Below are positions 8,183-17,947 of a DNA stretch of 64,000 nt, piece after piece. The position numbers and the translations under genes are program-made. The stretch spans positions 69,421-133,420 of the forward strand of contig JAJECN010000037.1 of NCBI GenBank assembly GCA_022821965.1, given 5' to 3'. A model generated the notes under the pieces. It searched no databases and was not told the DNA's origin. It saw only the letters and a list, made by a program, of their open reading frames with translations. How positions within the stretch are numbered: position 1 is the stretch's first letter; each line of letters begins with the position of its first letter. This DNA comes from Candidatus Poribacteria bacterium. GTDB taxonomy: Bacteria > Poribacteria > WGA-4E > WGA-3G.

Positions 8183-8983
8183 ATGACTGATGAAGAAAAA
8201 TTTCGATTTGACTTAACTGGATTCCTCGTTCGTCCCGCGATCCTCGAACGCGACGAAGTAGATGCAATCGTTGATCAGATTGACCGAATACATCATGACA
8301 AAGAATCCTTACCACCGGAACACCGTGCCGTACCGGGGGGTCCCGCGAGCGTCCTGATTGATCACCCCAAAGTCCTCGATGTCTTACACGCAATCATCGG
8401 ACCCGAGATTCGGTTAGAGCACTCCTACTCTGCCTGGCGCGAAAAAGGGCAGAGGCACGGTGAACTCCACGGTGGTGGACCGCAACAGGCAGACCCAATC
8501 TTCGGGTATCGCGTCAACAACGGACAGATCCACGCGGGGATGGTGCGTGTCGTCTTTGAACTGACAGATATTTCCAAAAACGATGGTGGGACGCACTTTA
8601 TAGTCGGTAGTCACAAATCCAACTTCCCGATGCATCCCGACCACATGTCGTTAGAGGAGGGGAAGCGGAGCCCATTTCTGACGTCCTACGAATGCCCTGC
8701 CGGCAGTGCAATCTTCTTCACGGAAAACCTGTGTCACGCCGGTCCTGTGTGGCAACGGGAGACCCCGCGTGTTGCAGTGCTAAACGCTTATGCACATCTC
8801 GCGACACATTGGCACCGTCTACCGATTCCGCCTGAAGTCCTGTCCGCTCTACCGCGTGAAAAGCAGGCGTACTTCCGTGAACCGTGGGTTGCGGATTTCC
8901 GCACGCGCCCAGCAACCAGAAATACGATTGAGCGGTTTCTTGACAACGACGAACCGCCTGTTAACACCGATCACAAGCCGTGA
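8183..8983 (+). CDS. phytanoyl-CoA dioxygenase (PhyH) family Fe(II)/2-oxoglutarate oxygenase
   Basis: Jelly-roll oxygenase pattern with …ELHGGG… / …THFIVGSHKSNF… (HxD…H facial triad context). Size 266 aa. Confidence 0.55.
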   Translation: MTDEEKFRFDLTGFLVRPAILERDEVDAIVDQIDRIHHDKESLPPEHRAVPGGPASVLIDHPKVLDVLHAIIGPEIRLEHSYSAWREKGQRHGELHGGGPQQADPIFGYRVNNGQIHAGMVRVVFELTDISKNDGGTHFIVGSHKSNFPMHPDHMSLEEGKRSPFLTSYECPAGSAIFFTENLCHAGPVWQRETPRVAVLNAYAHLATHWHRLPIPPEVLSALPREKQAYFREPWVADFRTRPATRNTIERFLDNDEPPVNTDHKP

Positions 8984-9008
8984 TTTACAATAAAACCCAA
9001 AAAGGAAA

Positions 9009-9050
9009 CCCTCACCACCGCTGGCGAGGGAGTTTTGCTTGGGCATTTCT
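9009..9050 (+). terminator. putative intrinsic terminator downstream of the PhyH gene
   Basis: ccctc-accaccgctggc-gaggg stem-loop followed by agttttgctt. Confidence 0.4.
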
Positions 9051-9100
9051 GCGGATTACTTGGTGTCTTTGCTTGGGTGTTTCTGAGGATTTCTGAGGAT
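9044..9100. repeat. tandem copies of the TTTGCTTGGG(C/T)(A/G)TTTCTG(C/A)GGATT element
   Basis: Related copies at 23528-23547 (TTTTTGCTTGGGTGTTTCC) and, in inverse orientation, at 59285-59313 (AAATCCTGGGGAAACACCCAAGCAAAAACA). All lie just 3' of gene ends. Confidence 0.65.
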
Positions 9101-9287
9101 TTTTTCATAGTATCCTCGCCTTGCCCGTAATGTTGAAATAATTGTGAACTTTATTCTAATAATTACTAAACCTTGGACAGTTTTTATCCAAAGTAAGCAC
9201 TGCTTCTATCGCATTTTTCGTGTTTTCTTGGCATTACAGTTACAAACGCAACTCAGAGAAAAATAAACTCAGAAGCACCGATACGCA

Positions 9288-9350
9288 GCCCCGTAGGGGC
9301 GGTATGTCTATAGACACGGTATCCCCAGCGAAGCTAAGCCCCGTAGGGGC
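9288..9350. repeat. pair of REP-like palindromes GCCCCGTAGGGGCGG(T/C)ATGT
   Basis: Copies at 9288-9300 and 9338-9350. Further copies at 17948-17960 (GTCCCGTAGGGAC) and 17998-18010. Confidence 0.75.
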
Positions 9351-9399
9351 GGCATGTTTATTGCATAAAAATTGTTAAAACTTTAGCAAAAATTAAAAT

Positions 9400-10803
9400 A
9401 TGAAAAAACGCGTCCTCATTATCGGTTGGGATTGCGCCGCACCGGAACTCATCTTTGACGCATTCAAAGACGATATGCCCAATACACATCGCTTGATGGA
9501 AGAAGGCATCTACGGCGAATTGGAGAGTACGATCCCACCTATCACCGTGCCAGCGTGGATGTGTATGATGACCAGCCGCGATCCTGGCGAACTCGGTATT
9601 TACGGCTTTCGCAACCGCAAAGACCACTCCTACGATGCTTTGACGATTGCAAACGCACACGCCGTGAAAGTGCCAGCACTCTGGGACCTCTTGGGACAGA
9701 TACAGAAGAAATCGGTCGTTTTGGGAGTGCCGCTCACCTACCCCGCGAAACCGTTTCCGGGATGGATGGTCACCAGTTTCCTCACGCCTGACCGCAATTC
9801 GCAGTGGACTTTTCCAAGACGACTGTCGCGGGAAATTGATCAGGTCGCAAGCGATTACATGATCGATATTCCAAACTTCCGAACAGATCGGCGCGCTGAA
9901 CTGGAACAACAGCTCCTCAAGATGACCTCCGAACGCTTCAAACTCGCACGTCATCTGTTAAAGACAAAAGATTGGGATTTCTTTACGATGGTTGAGATGG
10001 GTTCCGATCGGCTTCACCACGCCTTCTGGCGATTTTGGGATAAAACACATCCAAAATATGAACCGAATTCACCTTTCTCAGAGACGATGCGGAACTACTA
10101 TCGCGTACTCGATGCAGAACTCGGAGAGACCTTAGCATGTGTAGATGAAGATACCACCGTCATGATCGTCTCCGACCACGGGGCAAAACGGATGGACGGC
10201 GGTATCTGTGTCAACGAATGGCTCCGGCAACACGGCTATCTAACACTTAAAACCGAACCGCAAGAGATTACACGGTGGACACCGGATATGGTAGATTGGG
10301 AAAAAACCAAGGCGTGGGGAGAAGGTGGATATTACGGGCGAATTTTCATAAACGTTGAAGGCAGAGAACCAAACGGAATTGTCAGTGCGCAAAACTACGA
10401 GAGTGTTCGCAACGAACTAAAAACACAACTCGAAGCAATTGTAGATGAAGCCGGAGATAATATCAACACGCGCGTCTTCAAACCCGAAGAAGTTTATCGG
10501 GAATGTCGGAACATTCCACCAGACCTCATTGTCTATTTCGGCAATCTCTTTTGGCGTTCCGTCGGAAGTGTCGGATACAACAGCATCTATACCTATGAAA
10601 ACGACACCGGTCCCGACGATTGCAACCACGCACAAATGGGCATTTTCATTCTCAAATCCGCGCCACATTCCTCTGTAGGAGCGATCTCCGAATCGCGACA
10701 AACCGGAAATATGCCTATAAAGAGCCTATACGACATTGCCCCAACAGTTCTCAATGAATTCGGTATCGACATCCCAGAAGCAATGCAAGGAAAACCAATG
10801 TAG
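9400..10803 (+). CDS. alkaline-phosphatase superfamily protein (type I phosphodiesterase / nucleotide pyrophosphatase-like)
   Basis: MKKRVLIIGWDCAAPELIF… start, …VPAWMCMMTSRDPGELG…, …MIVSDHGAKRMDG…; metal-ligand D/H/T pattern of the AP superfamily. Confidence 0.55.
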   Translation: MKKRVLIIGWDCAAPELIFDAFKDDMPNTHRLMEEGIYGELESTIPPITVPAWMCMMTSRDPGELGIYGFRNRKDHSYDALTIANAHAVKVPALWDLLGQIQKKSVVLGVPLTYPAKPFPGWMVTSFLTPDRNSQWTFPRRLSREIDQVASDYMIDIPNFRTDRRAELEQQLLKMTSERFKLARHLLKTKDWDFFTMVEMGSDRLHHAFWRFWDKTHPKYEPNSPFSETMRNYYRVLDAELGETLACVDEDTTVMIVSDHGAKRMDGGICVNEWLRQHGYLTLKTEPQEITRWTPDMVDWEKTKAWGEGGYYGRIFINVEGREPNGIVSAQNYESVRNELKTQLEAIVDEAGDNINTRVFKPEEVYRECRNIPPDLIVYFGNLFWRSVGSVGYNSIYTYENDTGPDDCNHAQMGIFILKSAPHSSVGAISESRQTGNMPIKSLYDIAPTVLNEFGIDIPEAMQGKPM

Positions 10804-10811
10804 GGGCGAGG

Positions 10812-11729
10812 TTACCTCGTCCTCACCGCGTTAACAATCGCCGCCGCGACAACTTCCGCAGCGAGGACCCCAACAGCATTTACGTTGCTGTCAGTATGTG
10901 CCCCTGTAGCGAGCGCAAAAAGTGTATCGCCATCGAACATCGTATGTGACGGACGAATCGCGCGTGCCATCCCGTCGTGCGCCATCTCTGCGACTCGGTT
11001 CACTTCCGCCGAGGTAAGCGTAGCGTTTGTTGCCACAACGCCGATAGTTGTGTTCGTTCCACGAACGATATTACTGGCATCTAAAAGCCGTTCAGTAATG
11101 TCCACGAAACCACCGTTCTCCTTCCCACCTGCGAGAATCTCGCCAGTCCTTGGATGCACAACATTCCCCAACGCATTCACAACCATAACAGCGGCGACAA
11201 TCAAACCGGAATCGATATATTTACACGCTGAACCGATACCTCCTGGAGAAGATGAAACACCCGGAGCCTTACCAACCGTGGCACCTATCCCCGCACCAAC
11301 GGCACCCATTGCGACCGGTTCATCCGTCGCATTCAGGCACGCCTGATACCCCATTTCTCGATCAGGACGCACCTTTGCATCGCCAACCCCCAGATCGAAA
11401 ATCACAGCAGTAGGAACAATCGGCACACGCACAGGACCCGCAGGAAATCCAACGTCCCTTTCCTCAAGATATTGTACAACACCACCTGCAGCATCTAACC
11501 CAAAGGCACTTCCGCCCGTCAGTAGCACGGCGTGTGCTTTTTGGACTAAACGTCCTGGACGGAGTACTTCCGTCTCCCGTGTACCGGGTGCGGCACCACG
11601 CACGTCAACACCTGCCGTTGCTCCCGTTGGGCAGAGGATGACAGTGCAACCCGTCCGGGCAGCTGCGTCAGTAGCATGCCCTACTTTAACGCCTTCAATT
11701 GCAGTAAGGGTTTGATTTATTGACTTCAT
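10812..11729 (-). CDS. P1/S58 family peptidase (DmpA-like L-aminopeptidase/D-Ala-esterase)
   Basis: GVKVGHATDAAARTGCTVIL… N-terminus characteristic of DmpA/OAT-fold peptidases. Gly-rich throughout. Confidence 0.7.
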   Translation of the reverse strand: MKSINQTLTAIEGVKVGHATDAAARTGCTVILCPTGATAGVDVRGAAPGTRETEVLRPGRLVQKAHAVLLTGGSAFGLDAAGGVVQYLEERDVGFPAGPVRVPIVPTAVIFDLGVGDAKVRPDREMGYQACLNATDEPVAMGAVGAGIGATVGKAPGVSSSPGGIGSACKYIDSGLIVAAVMVVNALGNVVHPRTGEILAGGKENGGFVDITERLLDASNIVRGTNTTIGVVATNATLTSAEVNRVAEMAHDGMARAIRPSHTMFDGDTLFALATGAHTDSNVNAVGVLAAEVVAAAIVNAVRTR

Positions 11730-11908
11730 AAGTTACACAGTGTTTTAGGTTTCTGAAGATTACTATAAGGGATCCCGATTAAATCTACAAGCAAAATGCC
11801 ATAAACATTATGCTCCCAACGATGCTAAAGAAATTGACAAAAAAAGGACGCATTGCTAAAATCAGAACTATCCATAACACTGGAGCATATAATAAGGGGG
11901 ACACGGAC

Positions 11909-13099
11909 ATGACAAAATTGGCAATAAATGGCGGCGAACCCGTCGTCAAAAGAAGTTTAGGGAAAAGCTGGCCCATTTTTGACGAAACCGAAGAGAGCGC
12001 ACTTTTAGAAACCTTACGGAGCGGGGCGTGGAACCGACGCGAGAAAGTCGATGAAGTCGGTGAAAAGTTCGCAGCATTTCAGGACGCAAAATACGGGATT
12101 CCGCTCGCAAATGGCACCGTGGCACTACAGTGCGCGTTAAAGGCTGCTGGGGTCACCGCAGGTGATGAAGTCATCGTTCCTGCCCTCACATTTGTAGCAA
12201 CAGGGACATCGGCTGTCTGCGTCAATGCAGTGCCAGTGATTGTTGACGTTGATCCGCTCACATACAATATCGCGCCCGATGCAATTGAGAAAGCCATTAC
12301 ACCAAGAACGCGGGCAATCATTCCGGTACATAACGGCGGTTACCCAGCAGATATGGACGCAATTATGGAGATTGCCGAAAAACACGATCTCAAGGTGATT
12401 GAGGATTGCGCACATGCACACGGTTCACAATGGCGCGGAAAAGGGATGGGTTCAATCGGACATCTCGGCGCATTCAGTTTTCAGATGGGGAAGACGTTGA
12501 CCTGCGGCGAAGGCGGAATGGTGATAACAAACGACGAAGAACTCGCAGGAAAAGCAGGCAGTTTCGCACAGCTGAATATGCGAATGACAAACTTCCAAGC
12601 AACACTTCTGTTGAACCAACTGGAACGGTTTGAAGAGCAGGTAGAAACGCGCGAACGAAACATCGCCTACCTTTCTAAAGGTATGGAAGCGATAGAAGGA
12701 CTCCATCCGATTCCACGCGACGAGCGTGTTACGCGATGGTGCTTCTACTATTGGGATTTCCGATTCGTATCTGAAGAGTTCGGTGGCATTTCACGCGGTC
12801 GGTTTATGGAAGCACTCAGCGCGGAGGGCATCTCATGTGGGGTCGGTGCACACGGTGAGCCTATCTATAACGAAGGACCCTTCGGCAATCCAGAATTATT
12901 TGACCAGTTAGGTTTGCCGCGCAAATATCTTGGGGACCGAGTAATAGATTATAGCACACTCAACTGCCCAGAGGCGGAACGGGTGTATCGCGAAGAAGTT
13001 TGCAGCTTCGGACATTCCATGTTTTTAGGCGACACAGACGATATGCAACTGATTTTAGATGCATTTCAGAAAATTCGGACGCATGTTAATGAACTGTAA
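11909..13099 (+). CDS. DegT/DnrJ/EryC1/StrS family PLP-dependent aminotransferase
   Basis: MTKLAINGGEPV start with GGGGG RBS 9 nt upstream. …AHAHGSQWRGKGMGSIGHLGAFSFQMGKTLTCGEGGMVITND… contains the conserved PLP-lysine region of sugar aminotransferases. Confidence 0.8.
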   Translation: MTKLAINGGEPVVKRSLGKSWPIFDETEESALLETLRSGAWNRREKVDEVGEKFAAFQDAKYGIPLANGTVALQCALKAAGVTAGDEVIVPALTFVATGTSAVCVNAVPVIVDVDPLTYNIAPDAIEKAITPRTRAIIPVHNGGYPADMDAIMEIAEKHDLKVIEDCAHAHGSQWRGKGMGSIGHLGAFSFQMGKTLTCGEGGMVITNDEELAGKAGSFAQLNMRMTNFQATLLLNQLERFEEQVETRERNIAYLSKGMEAIEGLHPIPRDERVTRWCFYYWDFRFVSEEFGGISRGRFMEALSAEGISCGVGAHGEPIYNEGPFGNPELFDQLGLPRKYLGDRVIDYSTLNCPEAERVYREEVCSFGHSMFLGDTDDMQLILDAFQKIRTHVNEL

Positions 13100-13134
13100 T
13101 ACAATTTCTTATTGAATACTTCTCAATGGCAAAC

Positions 13135-13275
13135 CTGTAGCATAAACTTTTAGTTTGTGCCCAGAGCTATTCAATTCTCTGGTAGGAGGGAATTCCGATT
13201 CCCGACTTTCCTCTGTGAGAGGGCAAAACTGTAGCATAAACTTTAGTGCTTAGATCGTAGGTTGGGTTGAACGGA
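13135..13275. repeat. cluster of three dispersed-repeat families between convergent genes
   Basis: TGTAGCATAAACTTT(T)AGT… occurs twice here. GAGGGAATTCCGATTCCCGACTTTCC at 13186-13211 has a copy at 8097-8125. CGTAGGTTGGGTTGAACGG at 13256-13274 is the reverse complement of GTTCAACCCAACCTACAAG at 23758-23778 and 2118-2134. Confidence 0.65.
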
Positions 13276-13361
13276 TGCCCTCGAAACCCATCAAATCATA
13301 GAGAAACGTACTCGCTCCATATATACTACATCCACTACAGACCGAGTGAAACCCAACTTTA

Positions 13362-14180
13362 CTAAATTGACTCTATGGTAGACATTTTCCAGATACCTAA
13401 AAGCGCGAGAAGCGATAGATTTGGAAAGAGAAGCGGCGCAAACAAAGGCGCGCCATAGAGGAATTTATCTATCTGCGTAACCCCTGGGGCTTGCAGATCT
13501 ACCGCCAAATGGAAGAAGAATCCCGCGATACCAACGATGAAGTTGATCCCCAAAACAACGACACAGAACCGAAAGAAAGCGGGTTGGTGAGGAACAAAAA
13601 ATAGCGTTGCTAAACATCCGACAGCAATGGCACTCGTAAACACAGGTAACCACTCAGTTGGGTTGAAGAACCCATTCTGCGCGTGATCGAAAACTGAGAG
13701 AATAAAATTACCACACCACCCGAAGCCCGCCATAAACACGACCCATTGTGCCCACTCTAAATCCGTATCGCGGATCATACCGTTCATGATTAAAAGCAGT
13801 CCTACGCCTGTAAAAGCCAGCGGTGCCACAAACGGTGCCGTGTAGACAAGGTTCTTGAGGGTCAAATCAGAGAAGAATTCGCTACCGAGATGGAAAAACA
13901 TACCAGAGATGCCGATACAGATAGCACCCCACCCAACGCCGAATCGACACCACTCTCTCCAGCGCCCTTTTTTCTCAAAAAGTGTGAGCGCGAGCAGTAC
14001 GGACGCACCTAATGAGAAGTAGAAAGGGATCCATTCCGCAGGATGGGCAAATGCGTTGACAGAGTGCGCTAAAAACACGTCGAGTGCTAAAAACGCAAGG
14101 TTTGCAAGAATAAAAAAGTCGAGCAGTCTGGCAGCCAATCCGTTACGGTTTCGCAGCGTTTTCTCTGAGTTCTCCGGCAA
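13362..14180 (-). CDS. integral membrane protein, about 8 TM, internal 2 x 4-TM duplication with conserved His; putative redox partner of the upstream cytochrome
   Basis: Halves align: LDVFLAHSVNAFAHPAEWIPFYFSLGAS / LSVFDHAQNGFFNPTEWLPVFTSAIAV, and FFHLGSEFF…KNLVYTAPFVAPL / FFFHLAVDL…DKFLYGAPLFAPL. Its start overlaps the cytochrome gene end by 38 nt. Confidence 0.5.
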   Translation of the reverse strand: MPENSEKTLRNRNGLAARLLDFFILANLAFLALDVFLAHSVNAFAHPAEWIPFYFSLGASVLLALTLFEKKGRWREWCRFGVGWGAICIGISGMFFHLGSEFFSDLTLKNLVYTAPFVAPLAFTGVGLLLIMNGMIRDTDLEWAQWVVFMAGFGWCGNFILSVFDHAQNGFFNPTEWLPVFTSAIAVGCLATLFFVPHQPAFFRFCVVVLGINFIVGIAGFFFHLAVDLQAPGVTQIDKFLYGAPLFAPLLFPNLSLLALLGIWKMSTIESI

Positions 14181-15381
14181 TTCTTTTCAACTCCGTCATC
14201 TTCAACAAAAGCTCATAATTTCCGTGCCACTGAACAAAGTCCGCACCACCCATGAACGCGCCATGTTTTGCGGTCCGACCGTAATAGTGCCACAGATCGA
14301 AGTAAATAAATTCGATAGGTTCATCAAAAGGCGTTTCCGTCAGCAAGCCGTCTTCACGAAGCGATTTCATCAGCACCACGGCTTCCGAAATTTTACGGTT
14401 GGTATCAGTGACAACACCTTCAGCCTCCTGATAGTACACTTCTACCTGTGAACTCGCATGGCATTTTAAGCACGTCTCTTTCATCGCGTCTTGACCTTGT
14501 TGGTAAGTCGGACGCTTCTCAGAGACCGCCGCAAACAACCAATACGAGAGTCGTTCGGTTGTATCGTGTGTCACATTCAAGCCATCTAAGCCGCTCAAAT
14601 GGCACGTCACACATGTCGGTACAGTCATATCTGCTGTTGTGAGTGCTTTCGGTGGTGCTTTGAGATTCATTTCTGATTTTTGCGCATTGTAAAGCACGCC
14701 GTGCTTCGATTCATGGTAGATTTCAATCTGTGAGTGGTCGGGTCCCATGTGGCACTGCCCACAGGTTTCTGGCTCCCGTGCCAGCGCAACCGAACTTGAG
14801 TGTCGCGCGTGGCAGGCTGTACACGTCCCAATGGAACCATCCGGATTCGGTTTACCTATATCGTGGCATCCCAAACAGCCAACGTCAATAGCACTCTGAC
14901 CCTCTGCAATCGCTAAAGGATTCGCAGGACGATCCACTGCACCCTTGTGGTATTTTTCAGCGAAGGCGATCTGTTCTGCTGTAAAGTCCTTTGCACCCAA
15001 TACCGCTGCCCAAGCCGGTGCCGCGTGTCGGCTTCGGAGAAACTGCGAATACTCGGTTGTATGGCACTCGCTACAATTTTTCGCCGTGAGCTGCTTCGCA
15101 ATCGTGAAACTCCGATGTGCCTGCGTTTCCTGATTTTCCACAGCCTTGTGACAATCTAAGCAACTTACGCCATGCTTTGCATGCTCGCTCCGTTCAAATT
15201 GATGGACAATTGCAGACGTTTCGCGGCGATGGCACTCGGCGCATTTTCCCGTCGCCCGCACAAAATCAGCACTCGGCTGATCTACTTCCATTGCAGGCCG
15301 TCTTGCATTCAGGATTAGCACAACAGTAATCAGAACTGCCCCCAAAAATACCGAAATAAAGATAGATTTAAATGACATCAT
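14143..15381 (-). CDS. octaheme c-type cytochrome (HAO / tetrathionate-reductase / MccA-like multiheme family), N-terminal membrane anchor or signal
   Basis: Eight CxxCH motifs: CAECH, CLDCH, CSECH, CLGCH, CTACH, CGQCH, CVTCH, CLKCH. N-terminal hydrophobic segment. 412 aa. Confidence 0.8.
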   Translation of the reverse strand: MMSFKSIFISVFLGAVLITVVLILNARRPAMEVDQPSADFVRATGKCAECHRRETSAIVHQFERSEHAKHGVSCLDCHKAVENQETQAHRSFTIAKQLTAKNCSECHTTEYSQFLRSRHAAPAWAAVLGAKDFTAEQIAFAEKYHKGAVDRPANPLAIAEGQSAIDVGCLGCHDIGKPNPDGSIGTCTACHARHSSSVALAREPETCGQCHMGPDHSQIEIYHESKHGVLYNAQKSEMNLKAPPKALTTADMTVPTCVTCHLSGLDGLNVTHDTTERLSYWLFAAVSEKRPTYQQGQDAMKETCLKCHASSQVEVYYQEAEGVVTDTNRKISEAVVLMKSLREDGLLTETPFDEPIEFIYFDLWHYYGRTAKHGAFMGGADFVQWHGNYELLLKMTELKRIAGELRENAAKP

Positions 15382-15408
15382 ATAAGTGTATTGACTCCAA
15401 TTATACCG

Positions 15409-16803
15409 CTACGTTCTATGAAGTGAAAAGGCATACAACTTAGCATTGTGAAGCTGAAATCTGAGCCGAACTTCGTCCCCACTTAAACTGGCTAAATCTT
15501 GGCTCGTTTCCCATTCCACATGGGAGTCCGTTCCAGTCGTACGAATTGGTCTGCTAACAGCACGTTGACCACCTGTTTTATCCAGAACGACTACATGCAC
15601 CGAACCTTCATTCCATACATCCGCCGTGATACCAACGGATGGATTAGAAAAGGTTAACGGCTGCGTTGTTATAACAGCAGGAGTATCCCGACTAATGGGT
15701 TCATAACCTGCCCAACCGTGCGGTCGAAGCGTTGCAAGTGCAAGATAACCCTTGCGCCAGTTGAAAAAGTAGCCGTCTCCAGCACCGTAATAGATGCGAA
15801 CCGCATCGTCAAAGAAAATCGGGGCAGAGGGAAAAATCGTTCCCCAATCGTAAGGCAGCGCGCCATAACGTTCCATTTCCGATGGCGTATGCCCCATAAA
15901 TGGAGTCCCTTCTTGTACGCGGTGCCATTCAAGGGTGTCTGGACTCCAAGCCAACTCAACATGCTGTTTGACATTAGTATCGGAGTCCCCGCGATAAACC
16001 ATTATACCGAGCAACCCGATGTAAATCCCACACGTCCGGAACACAATCATATCATGCGTCTGTAGATGTGGACTGCTACCTTCAAGAATAGTTTCGTCCG
16101 GTGTCCACTGCACAAAATCGACGGATTCCGTCCGTGTTACAAGACGAACACTGCCAGCATGCTGACGGGTAATACCGACGTATTTGCCTAACGTCTCTGC
16201 CCAAAAAGCGTTGGGGTGTGTGCCGTGTGCCTCAACCTCTGGAATCGGAAGCGGTTCGCTCCAATGTAATCCATTCGGAGAGAACGCGACCGTCATTTGT
16301 GGCTCTCCGCAGAAGAACATCTTATACCGTCTTGCCGGATCGGTTTCACGTTCATCCTTGAACACACCTACACCGTTCACACGGCGCATCAAAATGTTGT
16401 TCTGTGTGCTACCTTCAAATTCAACAAGTCCGAGTTCGGGTTTCTCCCAGTGAAGACCATCTGTCGAGTAGGCATAACAGACCGCCATTTCCCGATCCGA
16501 TGGCTTTACATCCATGTAATTGCACCAATCTGGGTGCCGTTTTTCAAGAGGTGTATGTGTTACCCGCTTATCGATGATGAACGGGTTATACCAGCATTTG
16601 TAAAGCCGATCCTCCGTATCATAGATAACGTTGGCGTAAACATTGTCAAAACGCGGTTCCCACGGTTTATCCTCACCAAAAAGTGGATTCTGAGGGTGTT
16701 TGGTGATTTCTCCAAGGGTGAGTTTTGCCTCGACGACCTCTTCAATGACACGATCATCCAAAACAAGCCGTCGAGATGAATAAACGGGATAAGGTTCGGG
16801 CAT
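15409..16803 (-). CDS. glycoside-hydrolase-like beta-propeller protein (GH43/GH32/GH130-type fold)
   Basis: Repeated blade motifs with Asp-box-like S-x-D-G-x-x-W (YSTDGLHWEKP, FSPNGLHWSEP, WSPDTLEWHRV). GGGAG RBS before ATG at 16803 (MPEPYPV…). Confidence 0.4.
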   Translation of the reverse strand: MPEPYPVYSSRRLVLDDRVIEEVVEAKLTLGEITKHPQNPLFGEDKPWEPRFDNVYANVIYDTEDRLYKCWYNPFIIDKRVTHTPLEKRHPDWCNYMDVKPSDREMAVCYAYSTDGLHWEKPELGLVEFEGSTQNNILMRRVNGVGVFKDERETDPARRYKMFFCGEPQMTVAFSPNGLHWSEPLPIPEVEAHGTHPNAFWAETLGKYVGITRQHAGSVRLVTRTESVDFVQWTPDETILEGSSPHLQTHDMIVFRTCGIYIGLLGIMVYRGDSDTNVKQHVELAWSPDTLEWHRVQEGTPFMGHTPSEMERYGALPYDWGTIFPSAPIFFDDAVRIYYGAGDGYFFNWRKGYLALATLRPHGWAGYEPISRDTPAVITTQPLTFSNPSVGITADVWNEGSVHVVVLDKTGGQRAVSRPIRTTGTDSHVEWETSQDLASLSGDEVRLRFQLHNAKLYAFSLHRT

Positions 16804-16828
16804 TTCTACTCCCATAAGAATCAATATT

Positions 16829-16935
16829 GAAAGGTGATTTTGGTGCGGTTAGGAAACCGCACCTACCGGGAAAGCTGACTTGAATTGAAAGGTAGCTTTG
16901 GTACAGTTAGGAAACCGCACCTACTGGGAAAGTCC
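16829..16935. repeat. tandem 2 x about 53-nt repeat, each unit carrying a GGTGCGG-TTAGGAAA-CCGCACC hairpin
   Basis: Unit 1 …GGTGCGGTTAGGAAACCGCACCTACCGGGAAAG… and unit 2 …GGTACAGTTAGGAAACCGCACCTACTGGGAAAG…. Related GGCGAGGTTAGGAAACC(T/T)CGCC hairpins at 51701-51722 and 52486-52507. Confidence 0.7.
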
Positions 16936-16967
16936 ATTTGAGACGTATAGCGTTCAAGATGTATTCA

Positions 16968-17798
16968 CTACCTATAGCCGTGCTTGACTCTTGCCCAAGT
17001 CGTTGAGAGCTTATCTGCTGGATCGACAGCAAATGTACCAGAAATGTTTTGGTTGATCTCTGCTTCGGTCAGTGCCTTATCATAAGCTCGAACAATCGCG
17101 AATGAACCATTAAACGTCCGGCGGCGTTCATCGAAAGAGTTAGCACCGATTGAGATGTCGTTTATCGGCAACTTCTTATCGAACTCAAAACCGGCTTGCT
17201 TGCTGACCTCTTTACCGTCTTGATATGCCACAATGGACTTGCCACTCGTGCCGACAACCGCTATCCAGGTCCAGACCCCTTCCTCAAGTTTGAGGTTAAG
17301 CGGTTGAACGCCCTGCTTACCGCCCTTAGCATGGATGGAGATGTCCAAATTCTGACCGCCGACTATCCAAAGCCGAATTCCCTGCTTACCTTCTCTTGGA
17401 CTGTTTTGGAAACCGGCGAAGTGATGCTCTTCAACGAAGAAATCGCCGTTGCGTCTACACAGGAATTCCAAGGTCCAGTCTTCAAAAAAGATTGGTGTAT
17501 TTTTCTGTGGTGGACCACCAAAGGTTGAGTGGGATTCTTTGGCTGTGTAATACTTCGCATCCGATTGAACAATCCCGAGGGCAGGAATTTTAATTTCACC
17601 CTCTTCGAGTACCATTGGTTTGTCTGCGGCGAGCAACTCACCGCCTTCGGTACCGAGGTTCTTCCATGCCTTCGGGTCGGCAGGATTGTCAGAAGCATCA
17701 AGATAAAGTACAGGATCAGCAACAACATTCGCAAACGCGATAGTACATGTCATTAATAGGAAAAGCAAAGTGGTGTATATTGAAACAAAGGTTCTCAT
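16968..17798 (-). CDS. secreted LamG/concanavalin-like protein, paralog 2
   Basis: Signal peptide MRTFVSIYTTLLFLLMTCTIAFA. C-terminal …AIVRAYDKALTEAEINQ…DKLSTTWARVK tail shared with the other LamG paralogs. Confidence 0.55.
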   Translation of the reverse strand: MRTFVSIYTTLLFLLMTCTIAFANVVADPVLYLDASDNPADPKAWKNLGTEGGELLAADKPMVLEEGEIKIPALGIVQSDAKYYTAKESHSTFGGPPQKNTPIFFEDWTLEFLCRRNGDFFVEEHHFAGFQNSPREGKQGIRLWIVGGQNLDISIHAKGGKQGVQPLNLKLEEGVWTWIAVVGTSGKSIVAYQDGKEVSKQAGFEFDKKLPINDISIGANSFDERRRTFNGSFAIVRAYDKALTEAEINQNISGTFAVDPADKLSTTWARVKHGYR

Positions 17799-17947
17799 GT
17801 AAATTTCCTCCTAAGGTTGGGATTTCATACTACAGATCCACAACCGTCAATTTAAAAAAATAGATGTGTTTTTGCTGTAAGCGAAGCACTCTGAAGTCAA
17901 CGCCTCTTATATTGAGCAAAAAATGTGATGTGCCTGTTCGGTTTTTA

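Noticed and set aside
9044-9100. Possible CRISPR array (short direct repeats here, at 16829-16935 and at 23786-23816)
   Set aside because: Only 2-4 copies are present. The units are adjacent or overlapping, and there are no unique spacers of regular length. No cas genes are in the window. They fit dispersed or tandem repeat families instead.
17755-17798. Apparent single-base disagreements between my hand translation and the supplied ORF track near line boundaries (about 17760 and about 27420)
   Set aside because: These are most likely my own mis-reading of the raw text rather than real frameshifts. ORF-track boundaries were trusted. Interior start coordinates I derived may be off by ±1 nt.
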